This document shows positions 9,864-18,102 of a stretch of 39,375 nucleotides of DNA, in pieces. Position 1 is the stretch's first letter. Every line of letters starts with the position of its first letter. Source of the stretch: Escherichia phage vB_EcoP-101136BS1; sequence record MZ234024.1; one strand, given 5' to 3'. The notes beneath the pieces were generated by a model. The model was not told the DNA's origin and did not search any database. It worked only from the letters and a program-made list of their open reading frames with translations. The translations under genes were made by a program, and so were the position numbers.

Positions 9864-9920
9864 GACTAACTACAGGGCCTTTGAGTCTACATCTGAAGGC
9901 CCTGACTGATAGTCACTAAC
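9864..9920 (+). repeat. repeated structured element, copy 1 (ACTAACTACAGG ... GGCCCTGACTGATAGTCACTAAC); candidate RNase III site
   Basis: Contains hairpin AGGGCC-N18-GGCCCT. The 22-nt core recurs at 10216-10237 and 10944-10965, each ~30-45 nt upstream of an early start codon. Confidence 0.5.
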
Positions 9921-9936
9921 TTAAAGGATGGACACT

Positions 9937-10182
9937 ATGAAACACTTAAGCACAATCACTAATCGCAATGAAGTATTCGTGAACACTAAAGGTTATGCGT
10001 GGATTCAGCTTAAAGAGATGACAGGAGCGCGTCACCGTGTGGTAGTGCGCAAGGTATCAAGCAAGCAGTTCAGCAACTACAGCGTCGATACTGTGCGTAT
10101 AGACAACGAGACATACCTGATAGACTCGCAGATAACCGTGAGTCCTACAGTGGGCGTCTCAGCTCCTTATTTCGCTAACTGA
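9937..10182 (+). CDS. hypothetical early protein, 81 aa (first cistron after the host promoters)
   Basis: ORF-track frame 9928..10182; the second ATG at 9937 has better RBS spacing (AAAGGA, 8 nt). No similarity recognised. Confidence 0.55.
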   Translation: MKHLSTITNRNEVFVNTKGYAWIQLKEMTGARHRVVVRKVSSKQFSNYSVDTVRIDNETYLIDSQITVSPTVGVSAPYFAN

Positions 10183-10184
10183 GA

Positions 10185-10240
10185 GTGATTAACTACAGGT
10201 CGTTAGACTGATAGCGGCCTGACTGATAGTCACTAACACA
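10185..10240 (+). repeat. repeated structured element, copy 2; candidate RNase III site
   Basis: TTAACTACAGG can pair with CCTG(ACUGA)UAGU as an 8-bp stem with a bulge; core GGCCTGACTGATAGTCACTAAC. Confidence 0.5.
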
Positions 10241-10265
10241 TAATTAACTTTGAGAGGATATAACT

Positions 10266-10772
10266 ATGGAACGTAATGCTAACGCATACTATGAGCTGCT
10301 GGCTGCAACCGTTGAGGCATTTATCGAGCGTATTCAGTACGACCACCTGACTCAAGATGACGACTACAGCGATGCGCTGCATGAGGTCGTAGACGGTCAG
10401 GTTCCTCACTATTACCACGAGATTTTTACGGTGATGGCTGCTGATGGTATAGACAACGAGTTCGAAGACTCTGGGATGATACCTGAAACCAAGGACGTAA
10501 CGCGTATCCTACAAGCTCGCATCTATGAGGCACTTTATAACGACGTGTCTAATAGCTTGGATGTAGTCTGGTTTGAGGATGAAGAGGCAGACGAAGAGGA
10601 TGAATATTGGGTAGTTGACGCTAAAACAGGCGCAATAATTGTGCAAGCTGTAGCTCTTGAGGTCGCTACTGCATGTGCCAAGGTTAACTATGCGGCAGGT
10701 CGCCACCTGAAGGTGGAAGACACCAATGATAACGTAGTGTTCGACCCTGCGGCTGAGGACTGCGAGCGATGA
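10266..10772 (+). CDS. ocr: Ocr-like anti-restriction DNA-mimic protein (gene 0.3) with a ~50-aa C-terminal extension
   Basis: [45 protein letters not shown] is near-identical to T7 Ocr as recalled. T7 Ocr is 117 aa; this ORF is 168 aa, continuing past the acidic tail. Confidence 0.85.
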   Translation: MERNANAYYELLAATVEAFIERIQYDHLTQDDDYSDALHEVVDGQVPHYYHEIFTVMAADGIDNEFEDSGMIPETKDVTRILQARIYEALYNDVSNSLDVVWFEDEEADEEDEYWVVDAKTGAIIVQAVALEVATACAKVNYAAGRHLKVEDTNDNVVFDPAAEDCER

Positions 10773-10914
10773 TAACTTACGGTTTATGCCAGCACCACGT
10801 CACCAACGCCCGGCTTATGGTCAAGACCGGGCAGTTAGACCACGATTGGGCTATGCGTCTCTTGAAAGTGGTCTACAGGAGACGCAAGCGTATACACGAC
10901 AGTTTACACGCTAA

Positions 10915-10968
10915 GTGACAGACTACAGGTCATCAATGCTGGTGGCCTGACTGATAGTCATTAACAAC
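10915..10968 (+). repeat. repeated structured element, copy 3; candidate RNase III site
   Basis: AGACTACAGG ... GGCCTGACTGATAGTCATTAAC upstream of the 10982 start. Confidence 0.5.
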
Positions 10969-10981
10969 TGAGAGGGAAGAT

Positions 10982-11209
10982 ATGAACACAATCACTGGTG
11001 CCATAACCAAAGGTTTTCGAGCAATTTTCGGTGAAACGCAAGAAGTATGCACCAATCATAAATTCGTACTTTCTTGCGTAGCAGGTGACGAGTTTGACGG
11101 GTTCGATAAACTGGTGGTTTGCGACCATTGCGGACAAGAGGCTATCCAACACTCAAACGGTAAATTTGAATTAATAGACGATAGCCTTACAGAAGGAGAC
11201 GGCGAGTAA
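10982..11209 (+). CDS. hypothetical early protein, 75 aa, Cys-containing and acidic
   Basis: RBS GAGGGA; contains VCTNH and VVCDHCGQE, a possible small metal-binding fold. No homolog recognised. Confidence 0.55.
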   Translation: MNTITGAITKGFRAIFGETQEVCTNHKFVLSCVAGDEFDGFDKLVVCDHCGQEAIQHSNGKFELIDDSLTEGDGE

Positions 11210-11341
11210 CCTAAATAAACAGGAGAGAACCAAATCATAGCTTGACCATAACACTGACGTGATGGTACTGAGTGATAGACGAGAGGTCATCGACTGATAG
11301 GTGGCCTCAAAGATTACCACTTACATTGATAGGAGTTAACT

Positions 11342-11446
11342 ATGAGCACTGCAATCATCTGGACTATCTCAGGCTTCGTAGCGTGGGGAATGTTTACTCT
11401 AGTCTGCAAACTACCGGTCCTTACTCAACTGTTATGGGGCTTATGA
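11342..11446 (+). CDS. possible small hydrophobic peptide, 34 aa
   Basis: AGGAG RBS 6 nt upstream; MSTAIIWTISGFVAWGMFTLVCKLPVLTQLLWGL; stop overlaps the next ATG (ATGA). Too short to score. Confidence 0.3.
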   Translation: MSTAIIWTISGFVAWGMFTLVCKLPVLTQLLWGL

Positions 11447-11646
11447 CTATGAGTATCGCACTATTGATAGCCATAGGCTATGGACTTATCGCCTACGTGC
11501 TGGTGAGAGACATCAACAAAGCGCGTAAAGTCTACAAATTCAACTATGTACGTCTGGGTAGCTGGACTGTACGTCAACCTAACGGACGATTCATGCGTAA
11601 CTTAGCGAACGTCTGGGATATAGCAACACTTGGGAGCAAACTGTAA
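11443..11646 (+). CDS. hypothetical early membrane protein, 67 aa
   Basis: In-frame part of ORF 11272..11646. The 11272 start lies inside a repeated structured element, so the ATG at 11443 is preferred. One predicted transmembrane segment. Confidence 0.45.
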   Translation: MTMSIALLIAIGYGLIAYVLVRDINKARKVYKFNYVRLGSWTVRQPNGRFMRNLANVWDIATLGSKL

Positions 11647-11972
11647 TGAACAAGTCATACGGGATTAATCTGGTACACTCTATGGACGCAGACATGCAAA
11701 TGTTAAGCCTACTGGCTACCGGGTATCGTCACGGAACGTCAAGTCACTCCGCACGTCAACAGCAGGAGCGGGACCGGGTACTGCAAGCAAGACTCCGGGC
11801 TGAGGGCCATAAGTCCGAACTAATGTGTCTGGCGTATGGTGGACGACCAATCACTGACGATGGTAAACTTTTAGTCTCAGGCTGGAAGGCGATAGACCAA
11901 CGGTCAACCATCAAGCACACGACTCATGGTGACTTCAGTCATCTCCACGCTAACCCGCTGATATGCAAGTAA
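11646..11972 (+). CDS. hypothetical early protein, 108 aa, in the slot where T7 carries gene 0.7
   Basis: ORF with ATG overlapping the upstream stop. No kinase motifs and too short for a gp0.7 kinase. Confidence 0.5.
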   Translation: MNKSYGINLVHSMDADMQMLSLLATGYRHGTSSHSARQQQERDRVLQARLRAEGHKSELMCLAYGGRPITDDGKLLVSGWKAIDQRSTIKHTTHGDFSHLHANPLICK

Positions 11973-11978
11973 TTCTGA

Positions 11979-12001
11979 CTTAACTATCACTATAGGACTC
12001 A
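11979..12001 (+). promoter_or_regulatory. phage RNAP promoter immediately upstream of the RNAP gene (TTAACTATCACTATAGGACTC)
   Basis: Matches the window consensus with a GGA start, ~75 nt upstream of the gene 1 ATG. Confidence 0.7.
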
Positions 12002-12069
12002 AGGTCTAAGACTCCAAGTGAAAGACCAAAGAGACTTTAAGTGAAAGACTAATAACAAGGACTTTAAGT

Positions 12070-14751
12070 ATGAGCGTCATCTCTATTGACAAGCACGACT
12101 TCTCTGATGTGTCGAACGCCATTGAGCCGTTTAACCTACTGGCTGACCACTACGGGCAAGACCTTGCAGTCAAACAGCTTCAGCTTGAGCACGAGGCATA
12201 CACTGAAGGCGAGCGACGTTTCATCAAGAACCTTGAGAGACAGACTGAGCGAGGGGAACTGGCAGACAATCAGGTCGCCAAGCCTTTGATGCAGACTCTA
12301 GTCCCTAAGATTGCGCAAGCCGTCAAGGAGTGGCATGAAGGTCCAGACGGGAAGCTGTCAACCTCTCGTCCGAGCGTAGCGTTCACCATGTTGAGCACTG
12401 AAGAGAAGGCCGTAAAGGTCCGCTCTTTGCGCATCTCCTGCGAGTCTGCTGCGGTTATCATACTGAAGGTCATACTCTCCAAGCTGGTCAAGCCTGAAGG
12501 GATACCGATTACACCGATGGCCTCAGCGATAGGTCGCACACTTGAGGACGAAATCCGCTTCGGTCGCATCCGTGACAAGGAGAAAGAGCACTTCAAGAAG
12601 GCGATAGCTGATAACCTGAATAAGCGGGCCGGGGCGTCCTACAAGAAAGCCTACATGCAAGCGGTCGAGGCATCCATGCTGGAGCAAGGCCAACTGGAAG
12701 ATGCGTGGGGGACTTGGAGTCCGACCGAGGCTGTCCACGTTGGAATCAAGATGCTGGAGATTGTCATCCAGTCCACACAACTGGTCGAGCTTAAGCGTTA
12801 CGGTGCTGGCAATGCAGCGGCTGACGTTGAGATGGTCCACCTGTCAGACTTCTGGGTCAAGAAGATGGCACAACGAGGATTCAGCCTTGCGGGTATAGCT
12901 CCAGTCTACCAGCCTTGCGTCGTTCCACCTAAGCCGTGGACTGGTGTCGTAGGCGGTGGGTACTGGGCCAAAGGACGCAGACCATTACCACTGATTCGCT
13001 TAGGGTCTAAGTCTGCGGTAGCACGCTACGAAGACGTGTATATGCCTGAAGTCTATGACGCTGTGAACATCATTCAGAATACACCTTGGAAAGTGAACAA
13101 GAAGGTTCTGGAAGTGGTGAACATGGTCGAGAAGCTGAACAACACGCCTATTGATGACATCCCTCAGATGGAACCGCTGAAGCCTGAGGACTATGCGGGT
13201 GAGACTGAAGAAGAACTCAAGGCATGGAAGAAGGCTGCTGCTGGTATCTATCGCCGCGAGAAGGCCAGACAGTCACGAAGATTGTCACTGAGCTTTATCG
13301 TCAACCAAGCGAACAAGTTCTCTCAGTTCAAGGCCATCTGGTTCCCGTATAACATGGACTGGCGCGGTCGCGTCTACGCTGTGCCGATGTTCAACCCTCA
13401 GGGTAACGACATGCAAAAGGGTCTTCTGACTCTGGCAGTCGGTAAGCCTATTGGTGCTGATGGTTTCAAATGGCTGAAGGTCCACGGTGCAAACTGCGCG
13501 GGTGTCGATAAAGTCACCTTCGAGGAGCGTATCAAGTGGGTGGAAGATAACCACGACAACATCATGGCTGCTGCCAAGGCACCGATGGATAGCATTGAGT
13601 GGTGGGGCAAGTTAGACTCTCCGTTCTGCTTCCTAGCGTTCTGCTTCGAGTATGCTGGCGCAATGCACCACGGCTTGTCTTACTCCTGCTCGCTGCCGAT
13701 AGCGTTCGATGGGTCCTGCTCTGGGATTCAGCACTTCAGCGCTATGCTTCGCGACCACATCGGTGGACATGCAGTAAACCTGACGCCATCCGGTAAGGTC
13801 CAAGACATCTACCGCATCGTGTCTGACCGCATTGAGGAGGAGCTTAAAGTCCTACTGGTTAACGGTACGGACAACGAGATGGTAACTCACGAGGACAAGA
13901 AAACTGGTGAGATTACCGAGCGTCTCAAGCTGGGGACACGAGAGCTTGCCCGTCAGTGGCTGACCTACGGTATGTCACGAAAGGTCACTAAGCGTTCGGT
14001 CATGACTCTGGCCTACGGGTCGAAAGAGTACGGCTTCGCAGACCAAGTTTACGAGGACATCGTGATGCCAGCGATTGACTCAGGGTCTGGCGCTATGTTC
14101 ACTGAACCAAGCCAAGCATCTCGCTTCATGGCTAAGATGATTTGGGAAGCTGTGAGTGTGACCGTAGTTGCTGCGGTTGACGCGATGAAATGGCTTCAGG
14201 GTGCTGCCAAGCTGCTTGCTGCTGAAGTGAAGGACAAGAAGACTGGAGAAATCCTGAAGCCTTGTCTTCCGGTACACTGGGTCACACCTGATGGTTTCCC
14301 TGTCTGGCAGGAATACCGCAAGAAGGACACCACTCGTCTGAACCTGATGTTCTTAGGGTCATTCAACCTTCAGCCTACCGTCAACAAAGGCACGAAGAAA
14401 GAGCTGGACAAGCACAAGCAGGAGTCAGGCATTAGCCCGAACTTCGTCCACTCACAAGATGGTAGCCACCTGCGGAAGACTGTAGTCCACACTCACCGCA
14501 AGTATGGCGTGATGTCATTCGCAGTGATTCACGATAGCTTCGGGACCATCCCTGCTGACGCTGAGTATCTGTTCCGTGGTGTCCGTGAGACGATGGTCGA
14601 GACATACCGCGATAACGATGTGCTGCTTGACTTCTACGAGCAGTTTGAATACCAGCTTCATGAAAGCCAGCGCGACAAGTTGCCTGAGCTTCCGAAGAAA
14701 GGTAAACTGAATATCGAAGACATCTTGTCTTCAGACTTTGCATTCGCTTAA
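12070..14751 (+). CDS. gp1: single-subunit DNA-directed RNA polymerase (gene 1)
   Basis: 893 aa (T7 RNAP is 883); conserved C-terminus ...HDSFGTIPADA...DFAFA and specificity-loop region TRLNLMFLGSFNLQPT (T7: TRLNLMFLGQFRLQPT). Confidence 0.97.
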   Translation: MSVISIDKHDFSDVSNAIEPFNLLADHYGQDLAVKQLQLEHEAYTEGERRFIKNLERQTERGELADNQVAKPLMQTLVPKIAQAVKEWHEGPDGKLSTSRPSVAFTMLSTEEKAVKVRSLRISCESAAVIILKVILSKLVKPEGIPITPMASAIGRTLEDEIRFGRIRDKEKEHFKKAIADNLNKRAGASYKKAYMQAVEASMLEQGQLEDAWGTWSPTEAVHVGIKMLEIVIQSTQLVELKRYGAGNAAADVEMVHLSDFWVKKMAQRGFSLAGIAPVYQPCVVPPKPWTGVVGGGYWAKGRRPLPLIRLGSKSAVARYEDVYMPEVYDAVNIIQNTPWKVNKKVLEVVNMVEKLNNTPIDDIPQMEPLKPEDYAGETEEELKAWKKAAAGIYRREKARQSRRLSLSFIVNQANKFSQFKAIWFPYNMDWRGRVYAVPMFNPQGNDMQKGLLTLAVGKPIGADGFKWLKVHGANCAGVDKVTFEERIKWVEDNHDNIMAAAKAPMDSIEWWGKLDSPFCFLAFCFEYAGAMHHGLSYSCSLPIAFDGSCSGIQHFSAMLRDHIGGHAVNLTPSGKVQDIYRIVSDRIEEELKVLLVNGTDNEMVTHEDKKTGEITERLKLGTRELARQWLTYGMSRKVTKRSVMTLAYGSKEYGFADQVYEDIVMPAIDSGSGAMFTEPSQASRFMAKMIWEAVSVTVVAAVDAMKWLQGAAKLLAAEVKDKKTGEILKPCLPVHWVTPDGFPVWQEYRKKDTTRLNLMFLGSFNLQPTVNKGTKKELDKHKQESGISPNFVHSQDGSHLRKTVVHTHRKYGVMSFAVIHDSFGTIPADAEYLFRGVRETMVETYRDNDVLLDFYEQFEYQLHESQRDKLPELPKKGKLNIEDILSSDFAFA

Positions 14752-14766
14752 CAGGAGGAGAAGTAT

Positions 14767-14997
14767 ATGCCAATGAAACTTGTAGCACACAACAGAGTAT
14801 TCAACGATGGGTCGGGAAGCTGCCATGTAGAGCTGACTTATAAGGATTTAGTCATTCTCCGAGACAGATTACAAGCGGGTGTGACTGGGTGGATTCAACC
14901 TAACGAGTACAACCTTATAGCTTCGATTGATGAAGTTCTTAACGCGTGGATGGAAGACGAGCGCATTCAGTATCCGTCATTCCCTAAAATTAGATAA
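14767..14997 (+). CDS. hypothetical protein, 76 aa
   Basis: Strong RBS AGGAGGAG; between RNAP and the phi1.1 promoter. Confidence 0.55.
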   Translation: MPMKLVAHNRVFNDGSGSCHVELTYKDLVILRDRLQAGVTGWIQPNEYNLIASIDEVLNAWMEDERIQYPSFPKIR

Positions 14998-15007
14998 GGA
15001 GAGAGTT

Positions 15008-15223
15008 ATGAAATTTGCACACAAGCAGAGCGGCGTTAAGGGTGGGACTCAAATCGTGACCGTAACAGAACACAACGGCAAGGGTCTGGTGAAGACCACG
15101 GTCATCCCTACCGAGATGTCCAAGCAGCTTAACATCCAGTTCAAGACTCTTGTATATCTGGTCGAGTCCAGCCACGAGAAGTACCTGAAGGACGCAGTGT
15201 CCAAGCTGGAGCAGGCCAAATGA
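15008..15223 (+). CDS. hypothetical protein, 71 aa
   Basis: RBS TAAGGAGAGAG then ATG at 15008; the ORF-track frame 14927..15223 extends upstream into the previous gene. Confidence 0.5.
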   Translation: MKFAHKQSGVKGGTQIVTVTEHNGKGLVKTTVIPTEMSKQLNIQFKTLVYLVESSHEKYLKDAVSKLEQAK

Positions 15224-15298
15224 CAGACATACAGTTACTGGCCCTGTGGCTGGGAGCACTCGCAGTATTCACTTTAATCCAACGCAGAAGAGGTTAAC

Positions 15299-15321
15299 CC
15301 TAAACTATCACTATAGGATTA
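15299..15321 (+). promoter_or_regulatory. phage RNAP promoter (phi1.1 position)
   Basis: CCTAAACTATCACTATAGGATTA. Confidence 0.8.
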
Positions 15322-15362
15322 GACTCAAGGTCATGACTCAAAGTCGTGGCCTTCATGATTAA
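15320..15362 (+). promoter_or_regulatory. conserved element AGACTCAAGGTCAT...GTGGCCTTCATGATTA, candidate RNase III site (R1.1 position)
   Basis: Second copy of the 6161 motif, directly downstream of a promoter. Confidence 0.45.
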
Positions 15363-15394
15363 CCCTAAATAAACACTACTGGAGATTTAACCGT

Positions 15395-15574
15395 ATGTAT
15401 CAGAACACTATCAACTTCGAGCGCATCCGTGAACGTCAGCAGACTGAAGGTTACATCCCGAAGGGCCGCAAGCTGAACAAGACCAAGCGTGGCGGGGGTA
15501 TCAAAGGCGCTTTCAGAAACGCTGAAGGTAAAGACTCTCTGGTCAACCAAGAGAAATACTTCGTAGGAGCATAA
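15395..15574 (+). CDS. gp1.1: gp1.1-like small basic protein, 59 aa
   Basis: KGRKLNKTKR matches T7 gp1.1 as recalled; below the ORF-track size cutoff. Confidence 0.6.
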   Translation: MYQNTINFERIRERQQTEGYIPKGRKLNKTKRGGGIKGAFRNAEGKDSLVNQEKYFVGA

Positions 15575-15578
15575 CTCT

Positions 15579-15836
15579 ATGGGCCGACTTTATAGTGGCA
15601 ACCTCAACGCTTTCAGAGCAGCGTGTAACAGGCTTTATCAGTTAGACTTCTGCGTGATACAGCAGGACTGGTACGACGCGCATCTTCGGAAAGAGTGCAT
15701 GAGACTTCAAGTCGAGGACCGAGCTGGTAACATCTTCGCGCTTAAGACCTTCGCACACCGCGATGAAGACGTACTGTACAACACTGCAACAGGCTTCCTT
15801 AACTGTCTCGCTAACCAACTCGACACATGGAGATAA
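15579..15836 (+). CDS. gp1.2: gp1.2-like protein (host dGTPase inhibitor in T7)
   Basis: 85 aa, the same length as T7 gp1.2; MGRLYSGNL, QLD, DWYDA, HRDEDVLYN conserved. Confidence 0.85.
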   Translation: MGRLYSGNLNAFRAACNRLYQLDFCVIQQDWYDAHLRKECMRLQVEDRAGNIFALKTFAHRDEDVLYNTATGFLNCLANQLDTWR

Positions 15837-15840
15837 CACA

Positions 15841-16929
15841 ATGACAACTATTAAAACTAACCCGCACCGCGCTGTAGATTACTCTGAGTCAGGCGTTACG
15901 AAAGCACTGGCAGCAGCCGGGTCGCTGGAAGCTGAAGTTAAGTATGACGGTGTGCGGCTGAACCTCCTGGTCCTGCGTGAAGGTGAGACCTACTGGCTTA
16001 GCCGCGAGTCGAAACCTCTACCAGCCTTGGAGTGGATGAACTCTGAGTTAGGTAATGCGTGGACCCAAGCTGACTGGCGATGGTTCCTGCGTCAATCCGG
16101 CTACGAAGGTGTGGGCATGATGATTGATGGCGAGGTCATGGTCAAAGGTGTAGACTTCAACACCTCCTCAGGTCTCATCCGAACGAAGTGGCTCAAGCCT
16201 AACAACGAGGAGTTCGCTGAATACTATTCGCCGGCGACTGGTGGAAAGAAGCTCCCGTTCTGGGGATCCCGGTCACGACTTCAGGTTGTGGTCTACGGTG
16301 TCATCGACATGACAACCATTGCTGACCCGAAAGCCGAAGGTCCTATCCATAGCGTCACACGCCTGAAGGCCGAAGCTATCGTCCCTCTCCTCCAGAAATA
16401 CTTCCCGGAAATCGACTGGGTTCTGTCTGAGTCACACACGGTCTATGACCTTGAGTCGCTCAACTCCCTGTACGAACAGAAGCGTATGGAAGGACACGAG
16501 GGTCTGGTAGTCAAGGACCCGCTTGGTAAATACAAGCGTGGCAAGAAGTCAGGCATGTGGAAAATGAAGCCTGAGGAGACCATCGACGGGACCGTGTGTG
16601 GCCTCGTGTGGGGGACTCCTGGTAAGGCTAACGAAGGTAAGGTCATCGGCTTTGAGGTTCTACTGGAGGATGGCATGGTGGTCAACGCCTGTGGTCTGAC
16701 TGAAGAACAGAAGGACGAGTTTACGGCTAAGGTCAAGGAGGACACGCTTGCTGCGGTTGGAATCTTTGCGCCGTACGGCATTGGTGGTAACGAACCTTGC
16801 TTCGATAACCCATACGAAGGCTGGCAGTGTGAAGTCCTCTTCATGGAGAGGTTCCCTGATGGCTCCCTTCGTCACCCCAGCTTCAAGTGCTGGCGTGGAA
16901 CCGAAGACAACCCAACGGTGAAGTCATGA
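15841..16929 (+). CDS. gp1.3: ATP-dependent DNA ligase (gene 1.3)
   Basis: Start taken at the ATG at 15841, after the gp1.2 stop. KTNP, active-site EVKYDGVR, GEGHEGLVVKDP, YKRGKKSGMWKMKPE, EGKVIGFEVLLE, DGSLRHPSF match T7 ligase. Confidence 0.92.
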   Translation: MTTIKTNPHRAVDYSESGVTKALAAAGSLEAEVKYDGVRLNLLVLREGETYWLSRESKPLPALEWMNSELGNAWTQADWRWFLRQSGYEGVGMMIDGEVMVKGVDFNTSSGLIRTKWLKPNNEEFAEYYSPATGGKKLPFWGSRSRLQVVVYGVIDMTTIADPKAEGPIHSVTRLKAEAIVPLLQKYFPEIDWVLSESHTVYDLESLNSLYEQKRMEGHEGLVVKDPLGKYKRGKKSGMWKMKPEETIDGTVCGLVWGTPGKANEGKVIGFEVLLEDGMVVNACGLTEEQKDEFTAKVKEDTLAAVGIFAPYGIGGNEPCFDNPYEGWQCEVLFMERFPDGSLRHPSFKCWRGTEDNPTVKS

Positions 16930-17105
16930 GTACACAACTTTATATCAACATAGCAAGTGGTCAACTCTACGCTGTGGTAAATGGCGAGCTGTGGTATCGT
17001 AAACTCAAGAAGTGGGCCAAGTCCTACTACGATGAAGAGACAATATCAACCATGAGTCATCGCTACCGTAAGGCTGCTAAGGTGAACAACTTTAAGATGC
17101 GTTAA
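16926..17105 (+). CDS. hypothetical small protein, 59 aa
   Basis: ATG overlaps the ligase stop (ATGA); ORF-track frame 16887..17105. Confidence 0.45.
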   Translation: MSTQLYINIASGQLYAVVNGELWYRKLKKWAKSYYDEETISTMSHRYRKAAKVNNFKMR

Positions 17106-17109
17106 CGTC

Positions 17110-17148
17110 AACCCAGTGGTCTTAGGACTGCTGGGTTTCTTTGCGTCT
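17110..17148 (+). terminator. candidate intrinsic terminator (T7 TE-like position)
   Basis: Hairpin CCCAGUGGUC-UUAG-GACUGCUGGG (10-bp stem with G-U pairs) followed by UUUCUUUGCG. Confidence 0.45.
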
Positions 17149-17164
17149 GGGCCACCAGCTAGAC

Positions 17165-17187
17165 CCTAAGCTATCACTATAGGACAA
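17165..17187 (+). promoter_or_regulatory. phage RNAP promoter (CTAAGCTATCACTATAGGACAAC)
   Basis: Consensus match with one mismatch. Confidence 0.75.
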
Positions 17188-17215
17188 CCCCCTAACCGAC
17201 CAAAGGAGAAACCTT

Positions 17216-17470
17216 ATGTATAAAAACTTAATGTTCAACCGATTTACTCGAAGCTTCCACCTGTCGCATAGCCCATTCAGCTTCCATAAATCTAATCAAC
17301 CATTACCCCGCTTTGGTAAGACAGTGGCTCTGTCTCCCACAGTTCATGCGCTAGTCACCCGCAAGTCTATGCTGAAGGCTATGGATAAAGAACAAGTCGA
17401 TGTACCTGTGGTCGTTACAAAATGGCCTCGCATTAAGCTGGCCCTTCTGGTAATTAAGGAGGTGTTTTGA
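17216..17470 (+). CDS. gp1.6: gp1.6-like protein
   Basis: 84 aa; SPTVHALVTR and C-terminal IKEVF resemble T7 gp1.6 as recalled. Confidence 0.55.
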   Translation: MYKNLMFNRFTRSFHLSHSPFSFHKSNQPLPRFGKTVALSPTVHALVTRKSMLKAMDKEQVDVPVVVTKWPRIKLALLVIKEVF

Positions 17471-17808
17471 TGGCATATTGTGATAGCACCACATACTGTG
17501 AAGCATGTAATGGTGATGACCGCTTCCCACACGTTGGTAAACTTGTAGGTAACAAGCTGCAAGAAATTGATGGTGTACGCAAGCCATCCCACTATCAGGT
17601 CTTTGATGGCGTGGAATCCATTGAGATTATCGCACGGTCAATGACTGTGAGTGAGTTCCGTGGGTTCTGCATGGGTAACGTCCTGAAGTATCGACTCCGG
17701 GCTGGTAAGAAGTCAGAGCTGGCAACTATGGAGAAGGACCTGAACAAAGCAGCCTTCTATCAGGAGCTGTTCGACCTGCATAAAGGTAAGTGCTATGCTT
17801 CCGAGTGA
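17467..17808 (+). CDS. gp1.7: gp1.7-like protein (nucleotide kinase family), 113 aa, shorter than T7 gp1.7
   Basis: KPSHYQVFDGVESIEIIARSMTVSEFRGFCMGNVLKYRLRAGKKSELATMEKDL closely matches the C-terminal half of T7 gp1.7 as recalled. Confidence 0.75.
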   Translation: MMAYCDSTTYCEACNGDDRFPHVGKLVGNKLQEIDGVRKPSHYQVFDGVESIEIIARSMTVSEFRGFCMGNVLKYRLRAGKKSELATMEKDLNKAAFYQELFDLHKGKCYASE

Positions 17809-17890
17809 GTGGTGTGAAATGATGTTCGAGAAGACAGGTAACACTGACTACCTTGAATTGTATAACCAGTGGAAGGAGCGCGGTTTATGA
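17795..17890 (+). CDS. possible gp1.8-like small protein, 31 aa
   Basis: Short ORF between gp1.7 and gp2 whose stop overlaps the gp2 ATG. Confidence 0.3.
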   Translation: MLPSEWCEMMFEKTGNTDYLELYNQWKERGL

Positions 17891-18045
17891 CTGAGGTTGA
17901 GAAGAAATACATCGTGGAGCTTGAGGGTCGCGTTCAGTCCTTCGAGGTTCCGTTGTACGCAAAGTCTCTTGAAGAGGCTACACTGAAGTCCCAAGAGTAT
18001 GAGGACGCTGGGTTTGTGGTCGGACGGATTCGCCCTGAGACCTAA
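17887..18045 (+). CDS. gp2: Gp2-like inhibitor of host RNA polymerase
   Basis: 52 aa; [14 protein letters not shown]...[10 protein letters not shown] matches T7 Gp2 SFEVPIYAETLDEA...AGFEVTRVRP. Below the ORF-track size cutoff. Confidence 0.7.
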   Translation: MTEVEKKYIVELEGRVQSFEVPLYAKSLEEATLKSQEYEDAGFVVGRIRPET

Positions 18046-18062
18046 CTATCACTGTAGGACAG
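18040..18062 (+). promoter_or_regulatory. variant phage promoter (CTAACTATCACTGTAGGACAG; phi2.5 position)
   Basis: Consensus with TGTAGG in place of TATAGG, located before the SSB gene. Confidence 0.5.
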
Positions 18063-18102
18063 ACGTCCAGTTAGTAACTTTTAAATTAGGAGATTTACAC
18101 CG

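Noticed and set aside
11272-11646. 124-aa ORF taken from its first ATG
   Set aside because: The 11272 start sits inside a repeated structured element with no RBS. The in-frame ATG at 11443, coupled to an upstream mini-ORF, is more plausible, so only the shorter version is reported.
15763-16929. Ligase ORF taken from 15763 (388 aa)
   Set aside because: That start lies inside gp1.2. The ATG at 15841 follows the gp1.2 stop and gives an N-terminus (MTTIKTNP) matching T7 ligase (MMNIKTNP).
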